64,000 nt of DNA from Eledone cirrhosa (taxonomy: Eukaryota), in NCBI GenBank assembly GCA_964016885.1, contig OZ024758.1, positions 19,778,001 to 19,842,000 of the forward strand, written 5' to 3'. A program made the translations under genes and the position numbers. Numbering within the stretch: position 1 is the stretch's first letter; every line of letters begins with the position of its first letter. Below, in pieces: positions 45,991 through 59,265 of this stretch. The notes below the pieces were generated by a model, which saw nothing but the letters and a program-made list of their open reading frames with translations, searched no databases and was not told the DNA's origin.

Positions 45991-47647
45991 ATATAATAAT
46001 AATAATAATTATTATTATTATTAGAAGAAGTAGTGATGTTGATATTGGTGTTGGTGGTGGTGAATGTGGTCGTGGTGGTTGTGTTGGTGTCGCCATATTG
46101 GAAAGAAGAAAATAATTGCATGCGATTAAGAGAAAGTCAAATGTGAATCTGGTCATTCTAATTGCTGTTAGGCAATTAAAATATAAGTTTGTCATGTAAT
46201 TACAACAATTTCATCTGACTAATTAAAATATGTTTTTAATGATGGTAGTATATTGTTTGAACAGTTCATAATAGACTGCCTATGCACATTCTCTTTATAA
46301 GCAATATGATGATTTATACACCTACGCACATATGTATAATTGTTTTTGCGTATGTGTATATTGAATGCTTTAAAGTGAATCCATGTTGTTAAAAGCGTAA
46401 GTTGCTAAGACTACGTTACAATCAGGGGATTTAGATTATAATTAGACCATACATATTCTATTACTTTCTCTCCTTCTCTCAGTATCACGCTCTCATTCTG
46501 CCTTTCGCTCTACCGTGTCGATGTAAATCTTAGAAACATTTTGTCGGATTTAGTGAGTATATATATTTTAAACATTGACTTTGAGGAGTTTGTATTCTCA
46601 AATGAACTGTCAACATGGTGGGTATAGATTACACATAGGGAAATCGTTTCAACAAAGGCTGCTCTCTTTCTTCGATCAACGGTACAACATAGTTATAAAA
46701 TTAATGTGTGGGTAGTAGAGTATTCCAAAGGTGCATGTATATTTAGCATCAACCTTAGAGTAATTCAGAATAATTCAGTGCGAGACACTCTGTCGAATGA
46801 ATAGACATTGAATTACAATTACAGCAAATTCGATGGGTTTCCACACAGATTCAGACTAGGAAATTTCCCTCTCGAGGCATAGGTCGACTAGAGACTATCG
46901 TAAATAACACTTGCTCTCTCATCAGACAAACACATAACACAGAATGTTTAACTATGTGAATATATGAATAGTTAACTTTTGTCTAAGGTGCATTTGACAT
47001 ACCATTAACGAGGAATAAATAAATAAAATGATTGATGAGGAATGTCGCCTTAACAACAACGCAGTGCATTTACAAAAGATTTGCACCAACAGTTCAGTTA
47101 ACGCCTGTACAGCAACGTTGAATTTAAATAGAAACGTCACGCGAGATGAACTTAAATGCAATATTTTCATATTAAAATATAAACGTTGATCCGATCAGAA
47201 TTGATGTTGCTATGTAGCAGTTTTTTTTATTTGATTGTTAGATGATCAAATGTGTAAACTGTATATGTGATTCGGGAATTTGATCAGTATGTTTATTGTT
47301 GTGTATTAGATATATGTTTGTGTCTCAGTGAGTCAAATGTGGGTTTGCCATAGAGCGTAACCAGTATTTAAACAAAAACGATAACATGATTTGTTGTTTT
47401 AATAATTTTATTGATCAATAATTTGCTTTTTGATTATTGGGATAACATAGGAAAAAATAATAGTAACAGTAAAATTATATATTATGTTTGTGTGATGATG
47501 TGGCATGGATACTTCTATTACCATTCTTACAATGTATATGTAATTAAAATCTGTTGATATCGAATGATAGCTGTAGTTGGGTGGCAAGAAAAGACGATTG
47601 CACTGGGTCGGAATGCGTCATTCGCCTTTCTTTCTTCTTCCTTTTAG

Positions 47648-47848
47648 CTCACGTATTCCCGAGATGCTCGTGTGCTAGAATCTCAAACAATTATATCAAC
47701 GGGGGCAGTCAGAACGGACAGTTTCCAACTGATCCTGTACGAGGCCAAAGCGACAACAGCCGAGCTCATTCATACTAATTATCCAACCAACTTGCGCGGT
47801 GTCTTTGTCTTTAAAATCTGTCCAGATATATTTCCCGACACATTCTAA
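47648..47848 (+). CDS. Candidate terminal exon of the host gene (phase 0)
   Basis: Strong acceptor ctttctttcttcttccttttAG; 66 open codons LTYSRDARVLESQTIISTGAVRTDSFQLILYEAKATTAELIHTNYPTNLRGVFVFKICPDIFPDTF then TAA; phase matches the 27166-27299 exon. Confidence 0.6.
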   Translation, partial: LTYSRDARVLESQTIISTGAVRTDSFQLILYEAKATTAELIHTNYPTNLRGVFVFKICPDIFPDTF

Positions 47849-48599
47849 CCTCTTGCCCGGGCAAAGATATAATATTGGAGATAATATTTTGTTGTATAGA
47901 GGATTCAATACATTACAAATAATAAAACTGCGTCTTTGGAAAACATATGAAAAAAGTAGAAACATGAAAATGTATTCGATATATCCTACTGTTTCATAAT
48001 AGACACAGATGAAATAAGCCTAGTATTTGCTGAGGGGACAAATACATGTGGAATATAAATAGAGAATATTTATTACGATGGCTGTATATCTCGAGGTGTA
48101 GTTAAACACTAGGATTAGTAAAATATAATCTACCATTTGGCATCGCCGTTCTAGTATTATCATTCACACACTATTAAGGTTACCTTTGTATTTTGTGTCA
48201 ATGAAAATAATCATTAATATAAAAGAAATCGTTTTCAGTAACGATACAACTCACACATATATGCTTATATAAATGTTTGTTATATATTATCTTAGAATTG
48301 AATTCTCGTCACTAATATATATACAATTCAACTGATTATTCACATATTTAATCGAAGTCTATGAGGAATTAACAAGACGGAATCGTAGGATAATATAGCT
48401 CCCCAGGCCATCAGCATTTAATTCCATAATTACATCATATTACGCCTAGGTTCCTACATTTCTCATAGCATTCCCTCTCCCTTACTACATCGGTATATAA
48501 TTGTGTGACGTACATTTATTATATTTCTGATCTATTATTGCCAAGAATTGCTTCCTTAAAATGATGGATGTTAGTGAAGTCAAGTGTAGAAACTTTAAT

Positions 48600-48975
48600 T
48601 AATTGTTTCTACTTTTGCCATGAGGCCATACAATTATCCTAGTGCATTACTGGTACTTTATTTTATCAACTCCGTAAGGATGAAGGCAAAGTTAATCTCG
48701 GCGGGATTTGAGATTAGAACATAAAGAGTCACAACTCTATGCTGCAAAGCATGGCGTCCGACCCTCTACCGATACTGCCAAGCGTAGAAACTTTAAATAC
48801 TTGTTTCTAATTTTGGCACAAGGCCAGCCTTTATTCCAGTACATTACTGATATTTTATTTTATCAACCCACTAAGGATAAAAGCGGAAGTTAAACTCAGT
48901 GGGATTGGAGATTATAACTTAAAGGAATATAACTCAAAGCATGGTGTCTGACGATCTAACGATACTGCCAATCCA
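48600..48975 (-). mobile_element. Two adjacent SINE family A copies (48600-48781, 48800-48975)
   Basis: Both are colinear with the reverse complement of 62521-62708. Confidence 0.85.
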
Positions 48976-49432
48976 ATAATGAAACCTTAAATAAATCAGA
49001 ATCCTCAGCCAGTTAGCGTGAACTATTATGTCACATTTACCATCTTTAGTTCGGTATTTGCACTTCCTACGGCATGCCTATATTTAACAATGATCAGAAA
49101 TGTTCGGTATTTAACGAAGGAAGAACATGAAGACGAACGAATCTACGAAGAAGATGTGGGGTGTACATGAATTTAGGATGGAGGTCACTAGTATATAGAT
49201 GACATTGCTGCTGATGAGTGTGGTATTTACTAAAATAACTTGTATTTTATTTTTCTGACATAGGTGTATAGAAATCCAACATACTCGAATGTTTGCATAA
49301 CTTTATATTATCTATCTACCTATCTATCTAATATTCCTGATATATACACACACACCGCACGCACGCACGCACGCACGCACGAACGCTCACACACACACAC
49401 ACACACACACACAGAGACACACACACACACAC

Positions 49433-49685
49433 ATGTATACGTACATATATATATATATATGTATACAGACGTACAGTAGTATGTATATATATACACACAT
49501 GCACACATATATATATGTATGTATACGTACATACATATATGTATACAGACGTACAGTAGTATGCATATATATACACACATGCACAGATATATATATATAT
49601 GTATGTATACGTACATACTTATATGTATACAGACGTACAGTAGTATGTATATATATACACACATGCACACATATATATATATATG
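49433..49685 (+). repeat. Minisatellite, unit about 80 bp, three copies
   Basis: gtatacagacgtacagtagtatg recurs at 49461, 49541 and 49625. Confidence 0.9.
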
Positions 49686-49940
49686 CAGGTATCGGTTTAC
49701 CGAACATTTATTATAATGCTCGGTTTGTTTGTAAACAAAAAAACCCACCCGAATTACACCGAACAATGTTTAGGCAACCACGTCACCTTTTTATTTTTGC
49801 TCAACACTGACAGAGGAGCGATGTACTAGTTTCAAGCTTATTAGCTATCTTCAGCATCATATACCTTCCTGCCAGATGGTTGAAAGTTTAAACAAGTGCC
49901 GTAATAAGAGTAAGAAATGAAATTGTGTTTCATTCTATTC

Positions 49941-49971
<31 letters not shown>

Positions 49972-49996
49972 GTACATACATGTATATATATATATG

Positions 49997-50073
<77 letters not shown>

Positions 50074-50103
50074 GTACATATATATATATATGTACATATA
50101 TAT

Positions 50104-50250
50104 CAGTCAATGGCAACATTGAGGACCGAGTAAGTTAGATCGCAGATATAAAAGACAGCGAGAAGCGAAAACCAACCAAACAGTGAGTGTGTTCTGTTAT
50201 TAATTCTGGCAATATTACGCAAATATGACCCTCCCCAAGTATAACAATAT
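50104..50250 (+). mobile_element. Solo PLE terminal fragment, nearly identical to 62174-62328
   Basis: cagtcaatggcaacattgaggaccgag...atatgaccctcccc.a.tataacaatat. Confidence 0.9.
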
Positions 50251-50534
50251 ATGTATATATATATATATATGTATATATGTATATATGTATATATATATAT
50301 ATATGTATATATGTATATATATATATATGTATATATATGTATGTATATATATATATGTATATATATATGTATATATATGTATATATATGTGTATATATAT
50401 GTATATATGTATATATATGTGTATATATGTATATATATATATATATATAACATTGAATAACTTTGAAATGTTTTGGCCAGTATTGGCCCAGGCCATGTCT
50501 AACTTAATAGCACCACCTGGCGAAGTCTTTCAAT

Positions 50535-53500
50535 TCAGGATTTGGGCACCATGGCCCATTCGAGAAGAGAATTACTGTTTGCGAAGACATATCCGGGTGT
50601 GGGTGGTTTGTCCGGGATTACTTGGAGGAATTTGTCCAAAGACTTCTTGAATTTGGTGTGGTCAGTTTCTGTTTTGACGTGTCCTGGTGTGATGTTGAAG
50701 AGAGCAGGGCCGATTGAGGTGAAATAATTGTGCCGTATTGTTGTTATGAGTTGCGATTTAGATTTTTGAATGGGACGGATAGCACGGGGCCCAAGCCTTG
50801 GGTGTATCTTGAAGGCGATGCCAACATCTTTTGGGCAGTGATGATGGAACATTTTCCACATCATGCAGATAATATAACGCTCACGGCGACGTTGGAGTGA
50901 GTAAAGTTTCAGGTTTTCTAATCGACCCCAGTAGTCAAGGTCTGACATGCCATCTATCTTTTTCGTGATTGCCCTTTGAGGAGCTTCAAGTTTCATGATA
51001 CTTTGTTTCGTGTGGGGAGACCACAGTGGACAACAGTATTCAAGGTGTGGTCGGGCGAAAGTAGAGAAGAGAAGGATAATGGTGCGGGAATCTCTCGACT
51101 GGAAGGTTCTGAGGATCCAGGAACACATTCTGCGGGCCATGTCAACTTTGCTGCTTATATGCGTGGTCCAGCTTATGTTGCTGTCCACGGTTACTCCCAA
51201 GTCTCTGATGTTGTTAGATGCCACGAGAGTTTCCCCGGAGGGAAGGGAGTACGGGAGTTTCAGAGCATCCTCTTTTCCAAAGTGGATCAGTTCGAATTTG
51301 TCTTCGTTCAGTAACATGTTGTTCTTTTCTGCCCATTGGGTAACAGCCAGTAGGTCTGACTGAAGGCTTATCCGGTCATCCACGCCATTGATGACCTTTT
51401 GGAGCTTGGAATCATCAGCGAAAATGTTAATGTTGCTGTGTTTGATGATGTCAGTGATGTCATTAATATAGATGATGAAGAGAAGTGGGCCCAACACAGT
51501 GCCTTGTGGGACCCCACTACTGACTTTGGCTGGGCTTGATTTGACTCCCTCAACTACAACATGTTGGGTTCTGTTTGACAGGAAGCTCTTGATCCACTGC
51601 AGCAGCTTTCCAGTGACACCAATATTGGACAGCTTTCTCAGTAGAATGTTATGATCAACCCTGTCAAAGGCCTTGCTGAAATCAAGGTAGATAACATCAG
51701 TGTTGGAACCCTCTCCCAAGGCTCTCAAAATGTCATCAAAGTGATGCAGTAGCTGCGTCAGGCAATCCCTTCCATTACGGAATCCATGCTGGTTGGAGTT
51801 CAGCATATTGTTACTCTCAAGGAAGTGGGTCATTCGCGATCTCACCACTCGCTCAAATACCTTAATGATATGAGAGGTGAGTGAGATTGGACGGTAATTC
51901 ACGGCAAGGGATTTGTTTCCCTTTTTGAAAACTGGGACAACAGACTGGGATAGAAGGTTTTCTGGCACATATCCAGCATCCAGTGAGTTCCGCCACAGAT
52001 TGGCAAGAGGAGATGCAAGTTGGTGTTGACACGCCTTCAAGACACAAGCAGGGAACCTATCGGGACCTACTGCTGAATTAAGCTTGATTTCCTTTATTGC
52101 CGCCAAGACATCAGGGGCGCCAAACGTTATGTCCGATAAGGTGTAATGGGGAGTAACATCGCCGATACAGCCCAGATCGGCCATATCAGGATTGCTGAAA
52201 ACAGAGCAGTATTGTTACTGCAGTATCTCACCCATGGTTTTAGCATTGTCTTGAAGAGTGCCATTTTCATCTATTAGAGGGCCAACAGTAGAGCCAGTGA
52301 TTTTGTGTTTTTTTGCAAATGAAAAGAACACTTTGGGATTGAGTTTGATCTTTTCAATGGCCCAGGCCTCTTCAGCTCTTCTCTGATTGTTGATGAGGGA
52401 CATTATGTTGTTTTGGAGTTTATGTTTTTTAATCTCCAGTGATGAAATGGCAGTCAAGTTGATGTGTTGCTGCTGACAGTATTTCAGCTTGTTGATTTTT
52501 TTGTTCGTTCTCTTAATTTTTCTGATGAGCGTTTTTCTATTTCTAGGGATTCTGCTCTTAGATTTGTTTATAGTTCTTAATGGGGTGTGTTTAGCACATA
52601 TATTTGTAACAGTGTCCACAAATGTCTGCCAGGACTTTTTGATGTTAGTGGGTGTATGAGTGTGCGTGAAGGACCAGTCGACATGTGCAAGATCATGACT
52701 GATCGCTTCCCAGTTTGCATTGTGGAAATCCATAGCGTCAAACGGATGGACAGGAGAGATGACATTGGGTTTGTATATTGGACGGTGGAATCTCAGATCA
52801 CAGAGAACCATGTCATGATCAGAGAGTAGAGTTTTCTCCACTGCAATATTGTGGATATTGTCAGTGTGATTGCTGAAAATTAAGTCTAGGACGTTTTTGT
52901 GGCACCTCGTTGGTTCGAGCACCAGTTGGGATAGGAAGAAATCATCCATGAAGTCAAGAAGCGATTCCACAGCTTCCCTGTCAGAGGTTGAGGCAGAAGA
53001 ACCTGGTGGCAGGCTGTTTGTGGACCAGTCAACACCGGGGAGGTTGAAGTCCCCCATCATTAAGATGTTGTCAGGGTGACACTCTTGGATGAAACACTTT
53101 ATGCTGTTGAGGCATTCCTTGAAGCATGGTACAGGCGTTTGGGGTGGCCTATAGAGCCCAACTACTAATAGGTTGTTGGTTTGACTGAATACAGTGACTG
53201 CTTCACAGTATCCATTAGTGAATATGTTCATAGCCTCTGTTGAGAAAGAATTATGGACATAAATGGCAGTTCCGCCCTTTCTTCTGCCAGCGCGATCAGC
53301 ACGGATGGCTTTGAAATGTTTCACTTTCACCCCGGCTTCCAAGTGGAGGTTACTGAGATGGGTTTCAGTGAGGACGAAGAAAGGGATGTGGTTTGGATGG
53401 ACATCAATCCAGTCCTCCAGGAATTTGATCTTCCATTTTTGAGTATTGGTGGAAGGGCTGATGCCTTGGGCGTTAAGCAAACATGTAGAGGCGAGAGTGG

Positions 53501-53555
53501 ATGGTTTTAATTGTTTTGGTGTGTTGTTAATTTGTTTGTTTGTTAATGGCAGCAA
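50535..53555 (-). pseudogene. LINE ORF2: AP endonuclease plus reverse transcriptase, one in-frame TAA at 52215-52217
   Basis: APE motifs LTETHL, GLYRPP, MGDFNLP, LDLIF, SDH; RT motifs NYRPISLTS, YLDFSKAFD, GVPQGTVLGP, FADD, LEYCCPLWSP; the two track ORFs are in the same frame. Confidence 0.93.
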
Positions 53556-54327
53556 TGGGAGTTTGTGCAGTGGGGTGATAGTGGAGGGTGGTGCTGGGTG
53601 ATAGCTCGAATGTTTTTTTCCAGTTCTTTTGCCAGATTCATTATGGCTAAAAAAGAGGAAGTAGTTTCCTGTTTAGAAGACTGTTGGTGACTGTGGTAGT
53701 GGTTATTTTTATGTAGGTTATGGTTTTTGTTTTTGCTTTTATTTTAAATTTTATTTTCATTTGTCCGACGGGTCCCCGGGAGATGGGTAAAGGGACAATC
53801 CCGGTCTAAACACAATCTGTCTCGCAGGGAAAAACGGCAGATTTGTGGATTCCTTGTTTGAGTTATTGGTGGTTGTGTTGGTGTTAAATTAGAGTATGTA
53901 TTATGGTGGTGGCTGTTTGTGGGGATAGATCGTTTTGTCCTAGGTAAATGGGTGAATTTGCAGCCACTATCCGTACATATTCTATAGCGTAGAGAGTAGC
54001 GGCAAATGATGGGGTTTCGAGTGGATGGGTATGTGGGTGTGTGTGTTGTGAGAGGTGTAGATGATGGTTTGGGTAGGATTTGACGACCTTTGTGGACTGT
54101 GGGAGGGAGAGTTCTTGTTCTGGTATTAGAAGGTAAATTCCTTGACATAGCAGTAGACAAAAATGTTGTAGTAGTAGTAGTAGGCAGAGATGTTGGCAGT
54201 GGTTGATTGGACTGCTGGGCCAGAGAAAGGATGTGGCGTTTCATGCTGTGAGACAGAGGCTACTGGGGTGTCAATAGTTTCATTTAGTAGATCGGCCATT
54301 GTTGATGAATCAAGGAGTGGTTCACAC

Positions 54328-54370
<43 letters not shown>

Positions 54371-54411
54371 GCTGTTGTTGATGTTGTTGTTGTAGCTGTT
54401 GTTGTTGCTGT

Positions 54412-54443
<32 letters not shown>

Positions 54444-54701
54444 GACAGCATTCGAAGAGAAAACACACCGTAGTTTATCCAAATGTTTATTGATTAATTT
54501 AAAAGCAATTTCGATTTGCTTTAATTTATTTTGAATCTGTTGTTCAGATCGAGTTTTCAAAAATTGAACTGTACGTTTAGCAATGTCGTTCAGAGATGAA
54601 GCATGTATGTCTTCTGTTTGGGAAAGGCAATGCCATGTGTTTATTAGAATGTCGATTTCATTATCAGACCAGTTCTGTTTGGATTTTTGCTGGTTAGCCA
54701 T
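53543..54701 (-). pseudogene. LINE ORF1: Myb/SANT-like N-terminus, polyQ, two CCCH zinc fingers; one frameshift (~54130-54245) and one TAA (53744)
   Basis: WSDNEIDILINTW...RSEQQIQNKLKQI; CRYSLRYRICTDSGCKFTH and CRFSLRDRLCLDRDCPFTH; frame continues past the stop to 53543. Confidence 0.75.
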
Positions 54702-54837
54702 CCTAGTTTTGAGTGTGTGTCTGTTTAGTTAAGTATTTCAATATATATATATATTTTTTTAAAATTTATTTTTGATTTATTTTTGTTTTTTTGTTTTTCT
54801 TGTGTGTGAGTGAGAAGAGTATATATATAAATATGAG

Positions 54838-54870
<33 letters not shown>

Positions 54871-55094
54871 TCTGGTTATTTGAAATTAATTAAGTTAATG
54901 AAAAGACGAAAGTATATAATAATAATTTGTAGTTAAAGGAAAATGTACTCACAAGTTCGAAAACACGTGGTTTCAAATATATAATAATATAGATGTATGT
55001 AAATGTATTAACCGGTCAATATTTGTTTGTTTGGTTTTGTCTTGTGGTTTTGTTTTGTGGCTGTGTGACTTGCTGCTTACTCGGGGAGAGAAGT

Positions 55095-55130
55095 AAAAAC
55101 ACGTCCTTATACTTCAACTGCTCAACTGCT
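55095..55130 (-). promoter_or_regulatory. Putative LINE internal Pol II promoter (Inr-like CAGT plus GGACGTG motif)
   Basis: AGCAGTTGAGCAGTTGAAGTATAAGGACGTGTTTTT directly after (TA)n; resembles the RGACGTG motif at 5' ends of invertebrate LINEs. Confidence 0.55.
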
Positions 55131-55489
55131 ATATATATATATATATAACTATATATATATATATAACTGTATATATATATATATATGTATATATGTATAT
55201 ACATATATATGTATATATATATATATGTATATATGTATATATGTATATATGTATATATATATGTATATATATATGTATATATGTATATATATATGTATAT
55301 ATATATGTATATGTGTATATATATATGTATATATATATGTATATATATATGTATATATGTATATATATATGTATATATATATGTATATATATATGTATAT
55401 ATATATGTATGTATATATATATGTAAGTATATATGTATATATATATGTATATATATATGTATATATATATGTATATATATATATATATG

Positions 55490-57290
55490 TATCGATTATC
55501 TCTTAAGGATCACAAATGTAACTTGAAAGCCCCTCTATTATACTAATATGCCCTTATACATCTGATATAGGTTAGATTAATAAAGTGACCCTCGACAGAG
55601 TACTACTGGAGCTTAATAGAAAGGCTAATGTCTGCCTCTGTGGCAACACCGACCAGCTCATAAATTGGTTAACCGAGTTGCCTGATAAAGCGACCCTGAA
55701 GTTCATCCAGTTTGACATAGATAGTTAATACGCCTCTATCTCCCCCATACTCTTAAATAATGCCCTCATCTTAGCTAAATCTAACACTAACCTCACTAAA
55801 AAAGAAATATACATAGTTCTAGCGGCGCGTAGAACCATTATCCAGTTCGAAGCTCCCACTGGACCAGAACCAACCTTCCTGATAACTTCGATGTCACGAT
55901 GGGGTCCAGTGAATCCGCGCAAGCAACTGACCTGGTCGGGATATACTTCCTACATAAGCTTAAGGACGAGATAACGGCCATACAAGGAGGTGTATACAGG
56001 GTCGACTCCCTGTTTACCGTTAGGAACCATAGCCACCGTAGGATAGAGAATCTTAAACATACATACAAGTTCTTCATGTCATACGGCCTATCCATAACTA
56101 TGGACCTCAGCCACAAGGTTGTCAACTTCCTGGACGTGACCCTGTAGTTGAGTACGGGCTTATACAAGCCATACCATAAGCCTGGAGAGTGCCTCTCTTA
56201 TATTAAGTATGCCTCCAACCACCCTAAGCAGACTCTCAGCTGCATAGTCTATAGTATCTCACATAGAATCTCGAGGCTAACCGCCAATGAGGTTATATTC
56301 AACCAAGCGGCAGATTACTACAATAGGGCCTTTATAAGCGCCGGCTTTAACCGAGGAATTTCCTACGTCCCTAACGCTAGCTCTAGAAACTACCCCCCTC
56401 ATAAAACGAAGGTTATAGTAAGCCATACGTATAACCGATCACGCGGCGACTTCGTTGAAATCGGATATAATAGAATAGATAATCGCACTAACAATCACGA
56501 CCCCGGCGACGGTGACCACTGTAGATTACTTGAACTATTCCCCTATTATAAAACCAATAAAGGCGATGTCCTACTACCAACGCCTTCCAACCAACATCTT
56601 CCTGTACATAAATATGGTAGAAGGAAGAAGAGTGTACCCAAGAATAAAGTGAAAGAGGCACCTAACGGGCTACGGCGCATTAACACACATAAGAGTAATC
56701 ACCTAGATGGAACCACCCGTAGCAAACGTACAAGGACACGTAATCGTCACCTCAACGTCCTATGCCCCCATCCCACTCTCAGAGTATGTCCTGCAACATA
56801 CCCCGGATGTTCTTCGAAGCCTTAGAAAGAAATTCCCGCCCAACAATAGGTATAGAAAAATTCTTAATAGGAACAATATAAAAATATCCTTTTCTACTAC
56901 TCCTAACCTAGCACAAATCATAGGAACAACGAACCACAGTAACATCACCAAGACACAGCCCCTCGACACAGACGCACCTACACCTGACAATAACTATATC
57001 GGCCTTAACAACTCCCTAGCATCATCCAATAGTGCTGGCAACAGCCACCGCAGTCGCAACCAGCATAACCGCTAAATGACTGGGGAACATGTGCAGGACA
57101 TGACGTGCGGAATAACAATCGCACCACTCCACGTGCTGTGGGTTGTAATGGTGCTAACGACAGCTGCGGGAGCGTAGGTAACAACGTAGGCAGCAACAAT
57201 GAAATGGAGAATTAAAGTAAGTGAGTCTGTCACTACTCTAAAACAATAGCATAAGCTCCTCGAAAGGCTTTTAATTAAGCATAAAGTGTA
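55490..57290 (+). mobile_element. Decayed Penelope-like element RT and thumb (probably Naiad-like clade)
   Basis: KFIQFDIDS*YASIS, NFDVTMGSSESAQATDLVG, GVYRVDS (YRDD site mutated), VNFLDVTL, YKPYHKP, SNHP, FPPNNRYRKILNRNNIKISFS; stops and frameshifts; no GIY-YIG seen. Confidence 0.8.
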
Positions 57291-57313
57291 TTGCAAAATA
57301 CACTATATATACA

Positions 57314-57371
<58 letters not shown>

Positions 57372-57428
57372 TAATATATATATATTTATATATATATATA
57401 TATATATATATCTATATATATATATATA

Positions 57429-57472
<44 letters not shown>

Positions 57473-57623
57473 ATATATATATATTTATATATATATATAC
57501 ACATATAATATATTTATATATATATATATATACACATATAATATATGTATATATATATACACATATAATGTATATATATATACACATATAATATACATAT
57601 ATATATACACACGCACATATATA

Positions 57624-57656
<33 letters not shown>

Positions 57657-57694
57657 ATAAATATATATATACACACACATATATATTATATATA

Positions 57695-57760
<66 letters not shown>

Positions 57761-58242
57761 GTTAAATGATAGATTGTCAACTACGGACTTCACTGTAACA
57801 GTGCTCAATATAAATGGACAGGTGAAGAGTTACATAAAAAATAATGGTTCCTTTATATATATATATTTCACTACCTAGTCTCAGCTAACTCGCAAGTTCA
57901 CATCAAAATCAGTTTTATTTATTACCTTGTGAATGATAATTACATTTATTTTCTAACAACAAACATTATTTATTGTACAGTATTGTCATGAAATGTATAA
58001 TTATATTTATAGGTACTGCAATTATATAAACCAAGACAATATACTTTCGCCAATTTTAAATCATCTAAATCCTCGAAGGCTTTAAGAGATTATTCAGTTC
58101 TGTTATTTCCATCTATCATGTCGACAATGAAATACACATATGCAGACACTCTCACCACTGACAATATATACACATGTCCACATAAATACATACGCACTCA
58201 CACATCAACACGAACACACACACACACACATATACATATGTG

Positions 58243-58299
<57 letters not shown>

Positions 58300-58326
58300 A
58301 TTTATGTGTATATGTGTGTAAACGTA

Positions 58327-58370
<44 letters not shown>

Positions 58371-59034
58371 TGTGTGTGTATAAATGGATGGATGTATATA
58401 TTATATATTGAGAGGTAATAAAGCATCGTAAAATAAAATCACTTCAGTAGCTAATAAATATATCATTATTTAATTTAGTACAGTCTTATCAATAGCTCGG
58501 GACTATTGCCCATTCATTAAACAGAGCAATACTATGTTAATCATATATTTTATTTCCAATTGAAGTATGAATGGCAATTTAATGTATTGGTAGATTATAT
58601 TTACTTTTGAATGCAGAATGGCCTTGTCAGAAATATAATCAAATTAAGAATATAATTTCCAGTATATAGTAAAATAATTTCATTTCACATAGACCTATTC
58701 TTTTGTAATCATTTTATTCTTTAAAATAATATTCTCTAGCTACAGTATAATTAATCAAAATGTGGGGATTCACTCGGCTACACTGCTATCGATTACTTCA
58801 AGGTTGTTTAAAATATGGCGACAAGAGCTAGGAAAAAATTGAAAAAAAAAATGTTTTAGCAAACTTAAATAAACAAATGATTTGATATAAATAGATTCAA
58901 ATTGAGACGTTTACAGGTAGAATTGTTTGAAAATGTCATTCATTTTAAATAGTTTTAGTATGTCATAAATACTTGAGTGCTGTAAAGAAAACCAATATGA
59001 TCCTAAAAAAGCCAATGCTTAATTATATATATAT

Positions 59035-59265
59035 TTCTTTATTTGCCAAAAGGGCGTACAGAAATGGGACATTACAGGACGTGACGCGGGGTTTTACATA
59101 AAATCTTTAACAATGATGAATAACAATAAACTATATATGAAATAAAACAATGGAAATCCCCAATAGTGGGGAATATTATTGCGTTGTTGTTTCACCCCCA
59201 CCCCCTTGGCTAGAACAACCCCCAACGCCAGGGTCACGTTTTGTATGTGTTCCCGTCTTCCCTCT
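59035..59265 (-). mobile_element. Probable L1/Tx1-type LINE 3' UTR remnant
   Basis: Minus strand ends ...gcccttttggcAAATAAAgaaa; family recognised from memory only. Confidence 0.35.

Larger units (their letters stand above)
50449..55130 (-). mobile_element. Full-length CR1-clade LINE in (TA)n
   Basis: 5' CAGTTG...GGACGTGTTTT start, ORF1, APE plus RT ORF2, short 3' UTR with GGCC stem and (TTCAAWGTTA) tail. Confidence 0.9.

Noticed and set aside
47554-47778. Track ORF AHVFPRCS...RAHSY as the terminal exon frame
   Set aside because: The alternative phase-0 frame is longer, more protein-like and matches the upstream exon phase. Not fully excluded.
50976-51654. Plus-strand ORFs overlapping the LINE RT
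   Set aside because: Antisense shadows of a coding sequence.
55490-57290. Selenocysteine read-through as reported for some Naiad PLEs
   Set aside because: The interrupting stops I checked are TAA and TAG with frameshifts, not in-frame TGA, and the catalytic DD is mutated.
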